From Saprospiraceae bacterium (GTDB taxonomy: Bacteria > Bacteroidota > Bacteroidia > Chitinophagales > Saprospiraceae), in NCBI GenBank assembly GCA_023301005.1, contig JALZVK010000162.1, forward strand, positions 1 to 57,099: a stretch of 57,099 nucleotides of DNA, read 5' to 3'. The position numbers and the translations under genes were made by a program. Positions 1 through 9,351 of the stretch are shown here, piece after piece; the first letter of the stretch is position 1, and every line of letters begins with the position of its first letter. The notes beneath the pieces were generated by a model that was not told the DNA's origin, did no database searches, and saw nothing but the letters and a program-made list of their open reading frames with translations.

Positions 1-30
1 AATGAGGTTAACCTCATTCTCTTTTTTTTT
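1..30 (+). terminator. Putative rho-independent terminator of an off-window upstream gene
   Basis: Perfect palindrome AATGAGGTTAACCTCATT (1-18) followed by CTC and a 9-T run. It may be truncated by the window edge. Confidence 0.4.
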
Positions 31-55
31 CTAAAATTTTAAATTTCAAACTTGC

Positions 56-171
56 TACCGCTAGCGCCTTTGCTCCGCAAGGTGCTAAGTATTCTTTCAA
101 AGCTATGTGTGTTTTTTCAAATTTTAAAAACGAATAACTTAGCACCTTGCGGAGCAAAGGCGCTAGCGGTA
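56..171. repeat. Palindromic element A: perfect 35-bp inverted repeat with a 46-nt spacer
   Basis: TACCGCTAGCGCCTTTGCTCCGCAAGGTGCTAAGT (56-90) is exactly reverse-complemented at 137-171. The arms are much more GC-rich than their surroundings. The element lies just downstream of the lpxD stop on the minus strand. Confidence 0.9.
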
Positions 172-191
172 TTATGCGTTTTAAATGAATT

Positions 192-1109
192 TTATTTCTT
201 CTTAGACAACATTCTAACCGTAGCCATCTCTCTATAATATTGTCGAGCTTCGATAGCAGGAGCGCCGAAGTAAGTCTTTCCACCTTCCAAAGTTTTGGAC
301 ACACCTGACTTGGCGAGTACAACTGCTTTCGCTCCAATGCGAATACTTTGAGCAACACCTACCTGACCATAAAGTGTAACTTCATCTTCGATAATCGTTT
401 TGCCACCAATACCAACTTGTGCTGCGAATAGACATTTTTTTCCAACAACAACTCCATGACCAATATGAACTTGACAATCCAATTTAGAACCTTCGCCAAT
501 TATCGTATCACCTGAAACGCCTTTGCTAATTGTACAACCTGATCCAATATCAACTCTATCTTCGATAATCACTCGACCACCTGATCTCCATTTTTTAAAA
601 CCTTCTTCTGTCTTTTTAAAATAAAAAGCATTCGTACCAATTACACTTCCAGAATTAATGACGACATGGTCGCCAATAATCGTATGTTCATGAATGACGA
701 CATTGGATTGGATGTAAGTGTACTTTCCAATTTTGACATTTGGAGCGATGATAACATTCGGTTCGATAATCGCTGAGGGATGAATAATCGCTCGGTCACT
801 TATTGGACTAGTCAACGATTCAAAAGGTCGCTGCTTTTTAACAATGCTATTGTAAACTTCAAAAGGTTGTTCGCAAAGTAAGAGAACTTTGCCTTCTGGG
901 CATTCTACTTTTTTATTTAAAATAATAATTGAGGCAGCAGAGTTGAGTGATTTTTGAAAATATTTTTCAACATCAACGAAGGTGATGTCGCCAGTTTCTA
1001 CTTTATGAATTTCATTTATACCTAAAGCCATAACTGAATCATCTCCGATGATTTCGCAGTTGTATTTTTCCGCAATAGCTTTGATTGGAATTGGAGAAGA
1101 AAATTTCAT
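192..1109 (-). CDS. lpxD: UDP-3-O-acylglucosamine N-acyltransferase (LpxD-type, hexapeptide-repeat transferase)
   Basis: 305-aa ORF with ATG at 1109. An LpxD-like N-terminal domain is followed by a run of hexapeptide (left-handed beta-helix) repeats, e.g. IIGDHVVINSGSVIGTNAF, VIIEDRVDIGSGCTI, TIIGEGSKLDCQVHIGHG. Confidence 0.85.
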   Translation of the reverse strand: MKFSSPIPIKAIAEKYNCEIIGDDSVMALGINEIHKVETGDITFVDVEKYFQKSLNSAASIIILNKKVECPEGKVLLLCEQPFEVYNSIVKKQRPFESLTSPISDRAIIHPSAIIEPNVIIAPNVKIGKYTYIQSNVVIHEHTIIGDHVVINSGSVIGTNAFYFKKTEEGFKKWRSGGRVIIEDRVDIGSGCTISKGVSGDTIIGEGSKLDCQVHIGHGVVVGKKCLFAAQVGIGGKTIIEDEVTLYGQVGVAQSIRIGAKAVVLAKSGVSKTLEGGKTYFGAPAIEARQYYREMATVRMLSKKK

Positions 1110-1148
1110 GGTTGAGTTTTATTTTTATCAAGATGAGAAGATGGGGAT

Positions 1149-1272
1149 GGGAACATTTGAACAAGGAACATTCGAACATTCGAATTTCGAAGTTTTTCGA
1201 ATAGTTTGTGAGTAAACAAACAAGACTATTCGTAGAACTTCTAACTTCAAAATTCGAATGTTCGAATGTTCC
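1149..1272. repeat. Palindromic element B (GGGAAC/GAAGTTT family)
   Basis: GGAACATTCGAACATTCGAATTTCGAAGTTTTTCGAATAGT (1165-1205) pairs with ACTATTCGTAGAACTTCTAACTTCAAAATTCGAATGTTCGAATGTTCC (1225-1272). It fills the polA-stop to lpxD-start spacer. Confidence 0.8.
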
Positions 1273-1280
1273 CTAATTCT

Positions 1281-4076
1281 CTAATGCGCTTCTAGCCAAT
1301 CTTCTCCAGTATCCATTCCTACTAGCATTGGTACTTTTAAATCAGGCATTGCATTTTTCATTTCTTTCTCAATGATAGGTTTTACAGTTTCCAACTCAGG
1401 ACGATATACATCAAAAACTAATTCATCATGAACTTGAAGAATCATTTTAGTTTTGAAGTTACCTTCTTTAAGTGCTTTGTGAATATTAATCATTGCGATT
1501 TTTATCATGTCGGCAGCGGAACCTTGAATAGGTGTATTGATTGCGATACGTTCCGCATTACTTCGGATTAATCCATTTTTAGAATTGATGTCACGAAGTT
1601 TTCTTTTCCTTCCTAACAATGTTTTTACGTAACCATGCTCTCTTGCAAATTCAACTGTTTCATCCATATAGGTTTTTAAACCATTGTATTGAGTGAAGTA
1701 ATTTTTGATCAATTCAGTAGCTTCTTTTCTTTTGATATCTAATTGTTGAGAAAGATTCGTAGCACCTGCGCCATAGATAATTGAGAAGTTAACGGTCTTT
1801 GCATTTCGTCTTTCATCAGGAGTAACTTCTTCTAAAGTTTTTCCATAAACTTTTGCAGCGGTAGCTGCATGAATATCATGTCCAGCTTGGAAGGCTTCCA
1901 CCATTGCTTTGTCATTACTAATTTCTGCGATGAGTCGGAGTTCTATTTGAGAGTAATCGGCAGCGAGTAAAATATGATCTTTGTCTCGAGGAATAAATGC
2001 CTTACGAACTTTTCGACCTTGTTCCGTTTTGATAGGAATATTTTGGAGGTTTGGATTGTTAGAACTTAATCTTCCAGTAGCTGCTAATGCTTGGTTGAAG
2101 GAAGAATGAATTCTTCCAGTTTTTGGATTAACCATTTTTGGAAGCGCATCCACGTAAGTCGATTTTAATTTTGCTAAACCTCGAAAGGTTAGAATTTTTT
2201 GTACAAAAGGATATTCTTTTGCGAGTTCAGACATCTTAGTTTCATCTGTAGAATATTGACCTGTTTTCGTTTTTCTCCAACGGTAAGGAATTTCCATTTT
2301 GTCAAAAAGAATTTGACCGACTTGTTTTGGAGAAGCAATATTAAAAGCAACTCCAGCCTCTTCATGAATTTCTTTTTGAAGTTTTTCAATTTCCTTTGCT
2401 AACTCTTTAGAGTAGTCATTTAGAAATTCTTCATTTAAATTTATTCCTTCATATTCCAAATCAACTAAGACATTGACAAGAGGCTCTTCTAGTTCGTGAT
2501 ATAATTTTTCGAGTTTCGCTTCTTTTAATTCAGGTTGTAATTTTTCTTGAAGTTGTAAAGTGACATCAGCATCTTCAGCAGCGTAGTCGATCACTTTTTC
2601 AACTGGAACATCTCGCATCGTCAATTGATTCTTTCCTTTTTTTCCAATTAAAGTTTCGATAGAAATTGGAGCATATTCTAAATATGCTTGAGAGAGATAA
2701 TCCATATTATGTCTCAACTCAGGTTCTAACAAATAATGCGCAATCATGGTATCAAAATATTTCCCTTTCATTTCTACGCCATACCATTTTAGAATCAACG
2801 CATCATATTTTAAATTTTGACCAGTCTTGGAAATGTTTTCATTTTCATAGATAGGTTTAAATTCATTAACGATAGCTTGAGCTTCAGCTCTATCTGCTGG
2901 AACTGGAATATAGTAACCTTCATGTTTTTTTATGGAAAATGAAATACCCACTAGTTCCGCTTCATTAGCATCAATGCCAGTTGTCTCTGTATCAAAACAA
3001 ATAGATTTTTGTTTAGATAAAAGTTCGATAAGTTCTGCTCGCTTTTCTTTCGTATCAATTAAAATATAATTGTGGTCAATATTGGTAATATTTTTAGTAG
3101 CGACTGAATATTCAGGAACAGCTTTAATCGTTGATTTTTTTGAACCAACAGCAGGCGCATTTCCAAAAAGATTCCCTTGCTCACCTGGACCAGCTACATG
3201 CTCTACACCTAGAATTTGTTTTCCTAAAGTTTTAAATTCTAACTCTCTAAAAAGGTCAGTTAATACTTCTCGGTTGAATGGTTGTAATTTGAATACCTCA
3301 GGGTCAAAAGGAACGTCCACATTAATATCAATAGTCGCTAATGTTTTTGACAGTCTTCCTTGTTCTGCGAATGCTATGACTTTTTCTTTTTGCTTTCCTT
3401 TAAGTTTATCCGTATTTTCTAAAAGACCTTCTAATGAGCCGAATTGCTTTAATAATTTTACAGCAGTCTTAGCACCTATTCCAGGAATCCCAGGAATATT
3501 ATCAACTGCATCACCTTGCATCCCTAAAATGTCAATGACTTGATCCACTCTTTCGATGTCCCATTTTTCGAGTACTTCTTTTCTTCCTAAAATTTCTACA
3601 CTACCACCAGACCTCGCAGGTTTGTACATAAAAACAGTATCAGAAACAAGCTGTGCATAATCCTTATCAGGAGTCATCATGTAAACATGGAAACCTCTCT
3701 TCTCTGCATCTTTAGCCAAAGTGCCTATAACATCATCTGCTTCGTAACCTTGTTTGGTTACAACAGGAATGTTAAAACCTTCGATTATTTTTTTGATGTA
3801 AGGAAGTGCGATAGAGATTGGTTCGGGTTGAGCTTCTCGATTAGCTTTATATTCTTTATACATTTCGTGACGAAATGTTGGGCCTTTGAGGTCAAATGAA
3901 ACTGCAATGTGAGTTGGTTTCTCTTTATTAATAATATTCCATAGATAACGAGTGAAACCTGTTACAGCGGAAACATCCATTCCTTTGGAATTAACCAACG
4001 GACGACTGATAAAAGAATAATGAGCCCGATAAACTAAGGCATGACCATCGAGGAGGAATAATTTTTTTTCTGACAT
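1281..4076 (-). CDS. polA: DNA polymerase I
   Basis: 931 aa with a 5-prime nuclease N-terminus, a 3-5 exonuclease region and family-A polymerase motifs DYSQIELR, RRNAKTVNFSIIYG and QVHDE. Confidence 0.97.
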   Translation of the reverse strand: MSEKKLFLLDGHALVYRAHYSFISRPLVNSKGMDVSAVTGFTRYLWNIINKEKPTHIAVSFDLKGPTFRHEMYKEYKANREAQPEPISIALPYIKKIIEGFNIPVVTKQGYEADDVIGTLAKDAEKRGFHVYMMTPDKDYAQLVSDTVFMYKPARSGGSVEILGRKEVLEKWDIERVDQVIDILGMQGDAVDNIPGIPGIGAKTAVKLLKQFGSLEGLLENTDKLKGKQKEKVIAFAEQGRLSKTLATIDINVDVPFDPEVFKLQPFNREVLTDLFRELEFKTLGKQILGVEHVAGPGEQGNLFGNAPAVGSKKSTIKAVPEYSVATKNITNIDHNYILIDTKEKRAELIELLSKQKSICFDTETTGIDANEAELVGISFSIKKHEGYYIPVPADRAEAQAIVNEFKPIYENENISKTGQNLKYDALILKWYGVEMKGKYFDTMIAHYLLEPELRHNMDYLSQAYLEYAPISIETLIGKKGKNQLTMRDVPVEKVIDYAAEDADVTLQLQEKLQPELKEAKLEKLYHELEEPLVNVLVDLEYEGINLNEEFLNDYSKELAKEIEKLQKEIHEEAGVAFNIASPKQVGQILFDKMEIPYRWRKTKTGQYSTDETKMSELAKEYPFVQKILTFRGLAKLKSTYVDALPKMVNPKTGRIHSSFNQALAATGRLSSNNPNLQNIPIKTEQGRKVRKAFIPRDKDHILLAADYSQIELRLIAEISNDKAMVEAFQAGHDIHAATAAKVYGKTLEEVTPDERRNAKTVNFSIIYGAGATNLSQQLDIKRKEATELIKNYFTQYNGLKTYMDETVEFAREHGYVKTLLGRKRKLRDINSKNGLIRSNAERIAINTPIQGSAADMIKIAMINIHKALKEGNFKTKMILQVHDELVFDVYRPELETVKPIIEKEMKNAMPDLKVPMLVGMDTGEDWLEAH

Positions 4077-4160
4077 AGTAGACTAATGAGAAGGTTTTGT
4101 AAATGAGCAACAAAACTAATCAAAAATCTAAAATATAGATAGAGGTTTAAGACTTTAAGA

Positions 4161-4402
4161 GGAGAGACATCTTTAGAATAAGGGAAAACGGGAAGATGAA
4201 TTTGAGAAGTATGAAGTTTTGACGAGTATTTTTGTATTTATATTAAAATGAGAAATCCAAATCTTCAGAATGAATATTTGGATTTCCTATTTATAAAAAA
4301 AACAATACACTTACGAAGTAAGTAAAACTAAACTAAGGAGTTAAAATAAGCTAATTCGTAAAACTTCATAATTCGAATAGCGCAGCGTTCCCCTATTCAA
4401 AT
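4161..4402. repeat. Palindromic element C1 (copy of the element at 43192-43450)
   Basis: Colinear with 43192-43450. Shared blocks are GGAGAGACATCTTTAGAATAAGGGAA, ATTTGAGAAGT, an internal hairpin, AAAAAAACAATACACTTACGnAGTAAGTAAAA and AGCGTTCCC..TTCAAAT. The right terminal arm is degenerate. Confidence 0.8.
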
Positions 4403-4469
4403 TTTAAAATTAAACGACTTGTTAGTCATCAGTCAATCAAACTCACTTACTGAAAGTAAGTGTTGAGTT

Positions 4470-4505
4470 TAAAATAAAAAAACCCACTCCAAAAAATGGA
4501 GTGGG
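4470..4505 (-). terminator. Rho-independent terminator of the 4564-5553 gene
   Basis: Stem CCCACTCC/GGAGTGGG (4483-4490 / 4498-4505) is followed on the minus strand by a T-run (plus-strand AAAATAAAAAAA, 4471-4482). Confidence 0.7.
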
Positions 4506-4563
4506 CCTGTAGTGAATTTGTTTGGGCTAAAATCATCAGTAATTCAACCGATGAGGGTGATGT

Positions 4564-5553
4564 TTATCTTGAAATACTATAAGTCAATCCAATCACGAAA
4601 TATGATTGAACTGGATTGTCTCCATCATTAGTGCTATCATCAAAATCATCAATTGCAATAGTCTCAGCAGGAATACCAGTACCAGTTAAGAAAGCGTTAT
4701 AGCTTTCTTGACGGTTTCCTCTTAAACCATACTCAATACCTACACCAATACCTTTCCATGCTGTAAAGTTAAATCCATTTACCCATGTCCAATTAGAGAA
4801 ATTGTTAGGATCTGAGTAGCTAACAAAAGCAGAAAGATTAGATCTCCATGCAATTCCCATAGGTAAAGATTGAGAGTAATCAGCAACAACCTTAAGTCCT
4901 AAAGAAGACTCAAAAGTAAAATCGTCATCAGCGAAAACAAGGTTGTAATTTAATGGGTGAAACACAACAACTAAGTTTGACATTGGTGTCCAAGTTGCTC
5001 CAGCTCCAATATCTAAATATCCAGGATTGTTGAAGTTAGTTAAGAAAGTAGAACGGTATTCAGCTAAACCTGAAATCGCCCATTGCTTAGCAATTTTGTA
5101 ACCAAATAAAGATGTTAGATTAATTGCATCAGCAGTAGTTTCAAATCCTATTTGATCATCGTCAGGTAGTAAATCATTAAGATCTTTATCCAAGATTAAT
5201 CTAGTTTTTGCAGCAGAAAGACTTAAAGCGTTTCTCCAAAAGTACTTAGGTTGATCAAGGTTAGCGAATGCATTACCTGAAATACCATAAGAAGTTGAAG
5301 TAGAATTAGGATTCGCAGTAGTAATCCATTTGTTAAAGTTGCTAGAGTTAAATCCTAAAGAAGCTAAAGCTCCAATTTTCCAACCTGGGAATTCTGAGAT
5401 GCTTTTTTTCAAAGCATTTACTTCTCCCTGAATAGCAGCTAATTCTGCAGATTTTGCAGCTAACTGACTTTTGAATTCTTCTACTGTTTGTGCATTAATT
5501 GCGCTGAATGAAAATGTGAATAGCGCAACGAATAATAATAATTTCTTACTCAT
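4564..5553 (-). CDS. Predicted outer-membrane beta-barrel protein (possibly DUF3078-like)
   Basis: Signal peptide MSKKLLLFVALFTFSFSAINAQ, a short coiled-coil segment, then alternating beta-strand-like sequence rich in G/N/S/aromatic residues. ATG at 5553 is preferred over the upstream TTG at 5580. Confidence 0.6.
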   Translation of the reverse strand: MSKKLLLFVALFTFSFSAINAQTVEEFKSQLAAKSAELAAIQGEVNALKKSISEFPGWKIGALASLGFNSSNFNKWITTANPNSTSTSYGISGNAFANLDQPKYFWRNALSLSAAKTRLILDKDLNDLLPDDDQIGFETTADAINLTSLFGYKIAKQWAISGLAEYRSTFLTNFNNPGYLDIGAGATWTPMSNLVVVFHPLNYNLVFADDDFTFESSLGLKVVADYSQSLPMGIAWRSNLSAFVSYSDPNNFSNWTWVNGFNFTAWKGIGVGIEYGLRGNRQESYNAFLTGTGIPAETIAIDDFDDSTNDGDNPVQSYFVIGLTYSISR

Positions 5554-5651
5554 TTTTGTTAATGTTTTTTTGTTAAACAAGTTTTTATTTAGTGAATAAT
5601 GTGATAATAGTTTTTATACGAATAAAAACTATTATGTTTCTGTGTTAGGTC

Positions 5652-6479
5652 TTAAGAGTTAAAAACTTCGATCTTTTCAGATGCAAATTTATGTAGAGGA
5701 ATAATGATCTTACTGTTATCTGATTGAACGGTTATAGATGAATTATCCATGTTTACTATAGTGCCTTTAGTACCATCAATAGAAATAATATCCCCGATAC
5801 TAAATTTATCTTCATTTTGTTTAGAAGCTAAAAAATTAGACATTGCATCTTTAGATGCTAATCCATATCCTAATGCAAATGCTAAAACAATCCCACCTAT
5901 TAAAATAGAGAAGACTGTACCCATAAAATCAGTTTCTACTCCTAATTGCATTAAAGCACTCATTATACCCATAATGAGAATTAGGAAAAAAACTAAATTA
6001 CCAATCATTTTGGCAGAAGGAATGTTAAAAGAATCGCATGCTGATTGTACCAATCCTTTGATAGTATCTCCAATCAATAATGCTATTCCTAATACAATAA
6101 TTGCTACGATTATATTAGGCGTGTAGGTTACTAGTTTTGTCATCAATTCTGAAACAGCTTCTATTTGTAGAATATCAGTAGCAAGAACAATAACAAAAAG
6201 TAAAAGGATATAATAAAAAATTTTTGAAAACAACGAACTAGGTACAATCTTAACATTATTGTCTTGTACTATGTCTATTGTATTCAGTTTATCTCCTAAA
6301 GTATCAATACCTGATTTTTTTAGTACGCGTTTAATAATACTGGCTACTAATTTTGCAATTAAATATCCAATAATAAATACAACTAGAGCACCTACTATAT
6401 TAGGTATGACTCCAAAGAAATCAGAAACTAGCTTATTAAAATTTTCAAGCCAGTTTACTTCAAATAAGAGTATTCTCAT
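5652..6479 (-). CDS. Mechanosensitive-channel-like membrane protein (conserved TM-helix repeats plus short MscS-type beta domain)
   Basis: 275 aa with several TM helices with repeated architecture. The C-terminal GDIISIDGTKGTIVNMDNSSITVQSDNSKIIIP resembles the MscS beta-domain. Confidence 0.6.
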   Translation of the reverse strand: MRILLFEVNWLENFNKLVSDFFGVIPNIVGALVVFIIGYLIAKLVASIIKRVLKKSGIDTLGDKLNTIDIVQDNNVKIVPSSLFSKIFYYILLLFVIVLATDILQIEAVSELMTKLVTYTPNIIVAIIVLGIALLIGDTIKGLVQSACDSFNIPSAKMIGNLVFFLILIMGIMSALMQLGVETDFMGTVFSILIGGIVLAFALGYGLASKDAMSNFLASKQNEDKFSIGDIISIDGTKGTIVNMDNSSITVQSDNSKIIIPLHKFASEKIEVFNS

Positions 6480-6561
6480 AATTAAAATTATTGGGGGTTA
6501 TGTGATTGTTATAGTGTAGATTGATGTTTTTTCTTTTGGTATGAAATAAAAATAATTGAAA

Positions 6562-6804
6562 CTAGTGACGTTGAGGAGGAGTATCTTCAAATGGATCTGT
6601 TCCTGTGTGAGGTGGAGCTTTTGGTCCAACCTCTCCTCCGAAGAAATTTACAAACATGTCTTTAGCTGTTCTCGTAAAATGATCGACAACAACTCCGAAA
6701 TGTCGAAGTAAGTAATACTCACCTTGTACTTTTCTTTGCTCTGCTACACCAGGAAACCTTTCTTCGTGTAACTTCCCCAGTTCCTTCATGTTATTCGTGC
6801 TCAT
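6562..6804 (-). CDS. Hypothetical 80-aa protein co-transcribed with the ECF sigma factor
   Basis: The ATG lies 16 nt downstream of the sigma-factor stop on the same strand. There is no TM segment or zinc-finger motif, and the tail is Pro/Gly-rich. Confidence 0.45.
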   Translation of the reverse strand: MSTNNMKELGKLHEERFPGVAEQRKVQGEYYLLRHFGVVVDHFTRTAKDMFVNFFGGEVGPKAPPHTGTDPFEDTPPQRH

Positions 6805-6820
6805 GACGTAAAGTTTTAGA

Positions 6821-7393
6821 TCATTGATTGGGAAAAATATCCCGATAGACTTTTTGAGCTTTATGTTTAGCTCTTTTGATTTTCATCTTGATTGCACTTT
6901 CCGTTTTATTAAGAATTTCAGCTATTTCTTTAATTGATAAATCATCCTGATATTTCATAAGTAGTACAGCTCGGTCACCAGAAGGAATCATTTCTAAAAC
7001 GCGGCCTAAACGTTTTACTTCCATTTCTAAGAGTGCTTCATCATTCACCTCTTCGATAATATCTGGTGCATCGTCCATTTCGTCTGAAAAAAGATTTTTT
7101 TCTTTTTTCTTCTTTCGTATTGTATCTATACAATAATTGTAGGTAATAGAATAAACCCAAGTAGAAAACTTAGAGCGTCCACTAAATTTTGATAGGTTTA
7201 GAAATATTTTGGTAAATATTTCTTGAGTTGCATCTTTAGCAAGTGCTTCATTTTTCAACATAAAAATACACTTACTGTACACCTTACTAGAGTATCTCTT
7301 GTAAAGCAGACTAAAGTAGTCAGGACGTTGAGTTTTGATAAACTCGCTGACTAACTCAAAATCTTCCAACTGTGTTTTCCCGTTTGTTCCCAA
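6821..7393 (-). CDS. RNA polymerase ECF-type sigma-70 family factor
   Basis: Region 2 (SKVYSKCIFMLKN..DATQEIFTKIF, FSTWVYSITYNYCID) and region 4 (LLMKYQDDLSIKEIAEILNKTESAIKMKIKRAKHK). The start is a TTG at 7393 with no nearby in-frame ATG, so it is uncertain. Confidence 0.85.
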   Translation of the reverse strand: MGTNGKTQLEDFELVSEFIKTQRPDYFSLLYKRYSSKVYSKCIFMLKNEALAKDATQEIFTKIFLNLSKFSGRSKFSTWVYSITYNYCIDTIRKKKKEKNLFSDEMDDAPDIIEEVNDEALLEMEVKRLGRVLEMIPSGDRAVLLMKYQDDLSIKEIAEILNKTESAIKMKIKRAKHKAQKVYRDIFPNQ

Positions 7394-7719
7394 TGGGCTT
7401 GAAATTGTATTAATGGGGAGGATTACTTTTTAAAAAGAATTAAAAGCTTCTTATTAAAAATAATCCCGATTGAAATAATTCAAACAGTCTTTTCTGTTGT
7501 CTTTGTTAAGACGCTGTTAAAAATGAAAAGACACATTTTTGTCGGCGCAAATGTAGTGAATCATTCTAAATTTATTTTTATTACTTTGTTTTTTTCGAGC
7601 AGTATTATGCCTGATTTCTTTATTTTTTAAGTAATTCAGGAAAATTACCTCTTTTTTTGAATAATTTTGATGCTCAATATTATTTTCAAAATTTTTCACA
7701 TTAAATAATTTTATACTTT

Positions 7720-9120
7720 ATGAGAAACTTATTCTTCCTTTCTATACTCCTTTTTTTGGGTTCTATAGCAGAAATTTCTGCACAACAACCTGCCAAAGGT
7801 GATGAAGATGCTTTTTTTATCAAAAGCATATATAATACTGCTTTAACACAAGGTCAATGTTATCCTTGGCTAACTCATTTGACAACAAAAATAGGAGGAC
7901 GTTTAGCAGGTTCACCACAAGCGGCCGCCGCTGTTGAATACACTCGACAAATGTTAGACAGTATGCAATTAGATTCCGTTTGGTTACAACCTTGTATGGT
8001 TCCACATTGGGTTAGAGGAGAAAAAGAACAAGTTCGGATTGTTAATTCCAAAATGATAGGAACTATGGATTTGAATGCATTGGCTTTGGGTAACTCTATA
8101 GGTACAGGAAAGGATGGAATTGTTGCAGAAGTGATAGAAGTAAAAAGTAGAGATGAGGTGGAAAAGTTGGGTGTCGCAAATGTGAAAGGAAAAATTGTTT
8201 TCTATAATAGACCAATGGACCCTACTCAACTTAGAACATTTAATGCTTATGGAGGTGCTGTTGATCAAAGAACTCAAGGAGCAACTATGGCGGCTAAATA
8301 TGGAGCAGTTGCAGTATTGGTTCGTTCAATGACTACAAGATTAGATGATGTACCACATACTGGTACACTAACTTATGATGATCAAATAAAGAAAATACCT
8401 GCAGTAGCAATTAGTACGAATGATTCAGAATTATTAAGTCGTATTTTGAAAAAGGAAAAGGTCAATGTATTTGTAAGAACGACTTGCGAGACTTTACCTG
8501 ATGTGTTATCATATAATGTGATTGGTGAAATAAAAGGAAGTGAGTTCCCCGATGAAATCATTTTGGTCGGAGGACATTTGGATTCTTGGGATGTAGGAAG
8601 TGGTGCGCATGATGATGGTGCAGGATGTGTACATGCAATGGATGTTATTCAAATTTTAAAAAGATTAAATTACCGTCCGAAGCGAACGCTTCGCTGTGTA
8701 TTATTTATGAATGAGGAAAATGGATTGGCAGGAGGTCGTACTTATGCAAAGATTTCTAATGAAAAAGGAGAATTCCATTTGGCAGCTATAGAGTCGGATG
8801 CTGGAGGATTTACACCAAGAGGTTTTGCAACGGATGGTCATCCTGATATTTTTACTGAAAAATTTAAGAAAATAATTGAATGGTTACCATTGATAGAGCC
8901 TTATGGTTTGGGTTTAAAAAAAGGAGGTTCAGGTGCAGATATTTCTCCATTAAAAAGTCAGAAAGGATTTTTAATGGGATTTCGTCCTGATTCTCAGAGA
9001 TACTTTGATTATCATCATACAGGTATTGATAATATTGATGCAGTCAATAAAAGAGAGTTGGAGCTAGGAGCAGCAAGTATCACCACTCTCGTATATTTGA
9101 TAGATAAATATGGCTTGTAA
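7720..9120 (+). CDS. M28-family zinc aminopeptidase with PA domain
   Basis: Signal peptide plus M28 metal-ligand blocks GGHLDSWDVGSGAHDDGAGCVHAMDV and FMNEENGLAGG. Confidence 0.85.
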   Translation: MRNLFFLSILLFLGSIAEISAQQPAKGDEDAFFIKSIYNTALTQGQCYPWLTHLTTKIGGRLAGSPQAAAAVEYTRQMLDSMQLDSVWLQPCMVPHWVRGEKEQVRIVNSKMIGTMDLNALALGNSIGTGKDGIVAEVIEVKSRDEVEKLGVANVKGKIVFYNRPMDPTQLRTFNAYGGAVDQRTQGATMAAKYGAVAVLVRSMTTRLDDVPHTGTLTYDDQIKKIPAVAISTNDSELLSRILKKEKVNVFVRTTCETLPDVLSYNVIGEIKGSEFPDEIILVGGHLDSWDVGSGAHDDGAGCVHAMDVIQILKRLNYRPKRTLRCVLFMNEENGLAGGRTYAKISNEKGEFHLAAIESDAGGFTPRGFATDGHPDIFTEKFKKIIEWLPLIEPYGLGLKKGGSGADISPLKSQKGFLMGFRPDSQRYFDYHHTGIDNIDAVNKRELELGAASITTLVYLIDKYGL

Positions 9121-9156
9121 GTTTATTTGTTATTTTAAATATGTAAACTTGAGCTT

Positions 9157-9318
9157 AGAGCTTGTTGGGAAATTATATTTCGGCTAAAAACGCCCTTTTT
9201 TTGATGATACTTCTTTGAAAAAAAAGTCAAATAGCGAAGGCTATGTTCCTATTTATTTGCATCGTTTCATCAAAAAATGAATATTTTTATTTCAAAATCC
9301 AATTCCCCAACAAGCTCT
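9157..9318. repeat. Palindromic element D
   Basis: AGAGCTTGTTGGGAAATT (9157-9174) pairs with AATTCCCCAACAAGCTCT (9301-9318) with 1 mismatch. The inner part carries degenerate copies of the core boxes seen at 24370-24443 and 28949-29023. Confidence 0.75.
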
Positions 9319-9351
9319 TAATTAATTTCGTAAAACAAAAGATAAAAATAA

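Noticed and set aside
14-358. ORFs 14-358 (-) and 52-237 (+)
   Set aside because: Both read through the perfect 35-bp inverted repeat and so contain mirror-image peptides (LAPLLRKVLS / LAPCGAKALAV appear in both). The minus ORF also overlaps the lpxD 3-prime end. These are artefacts of the palindrome.
2189-3899. Short ORFs inside or antisense to polA (2189-2389, 2199-2402, 2666-2854, 3070-3543, 3687-3899)
   Set aside because: They are fully embedded in the well-supported polA frame and have low-complexity, family-less translations.
5749-6519. ORFs 5749-6126 (+) and 6259-6519 (+)
   Set aside because: They are antisense to the mechanosensitive-channel-like gene, and their hydrophobic mirror translation is typical of shadow ORFs.
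7517-7699. 60-aa ORF in the sigma / M28 divergent spacer
   Set aside because: It is Lys/Asn-rich low-complexity sequence in an AT-rich promoter region, with no supporting features.
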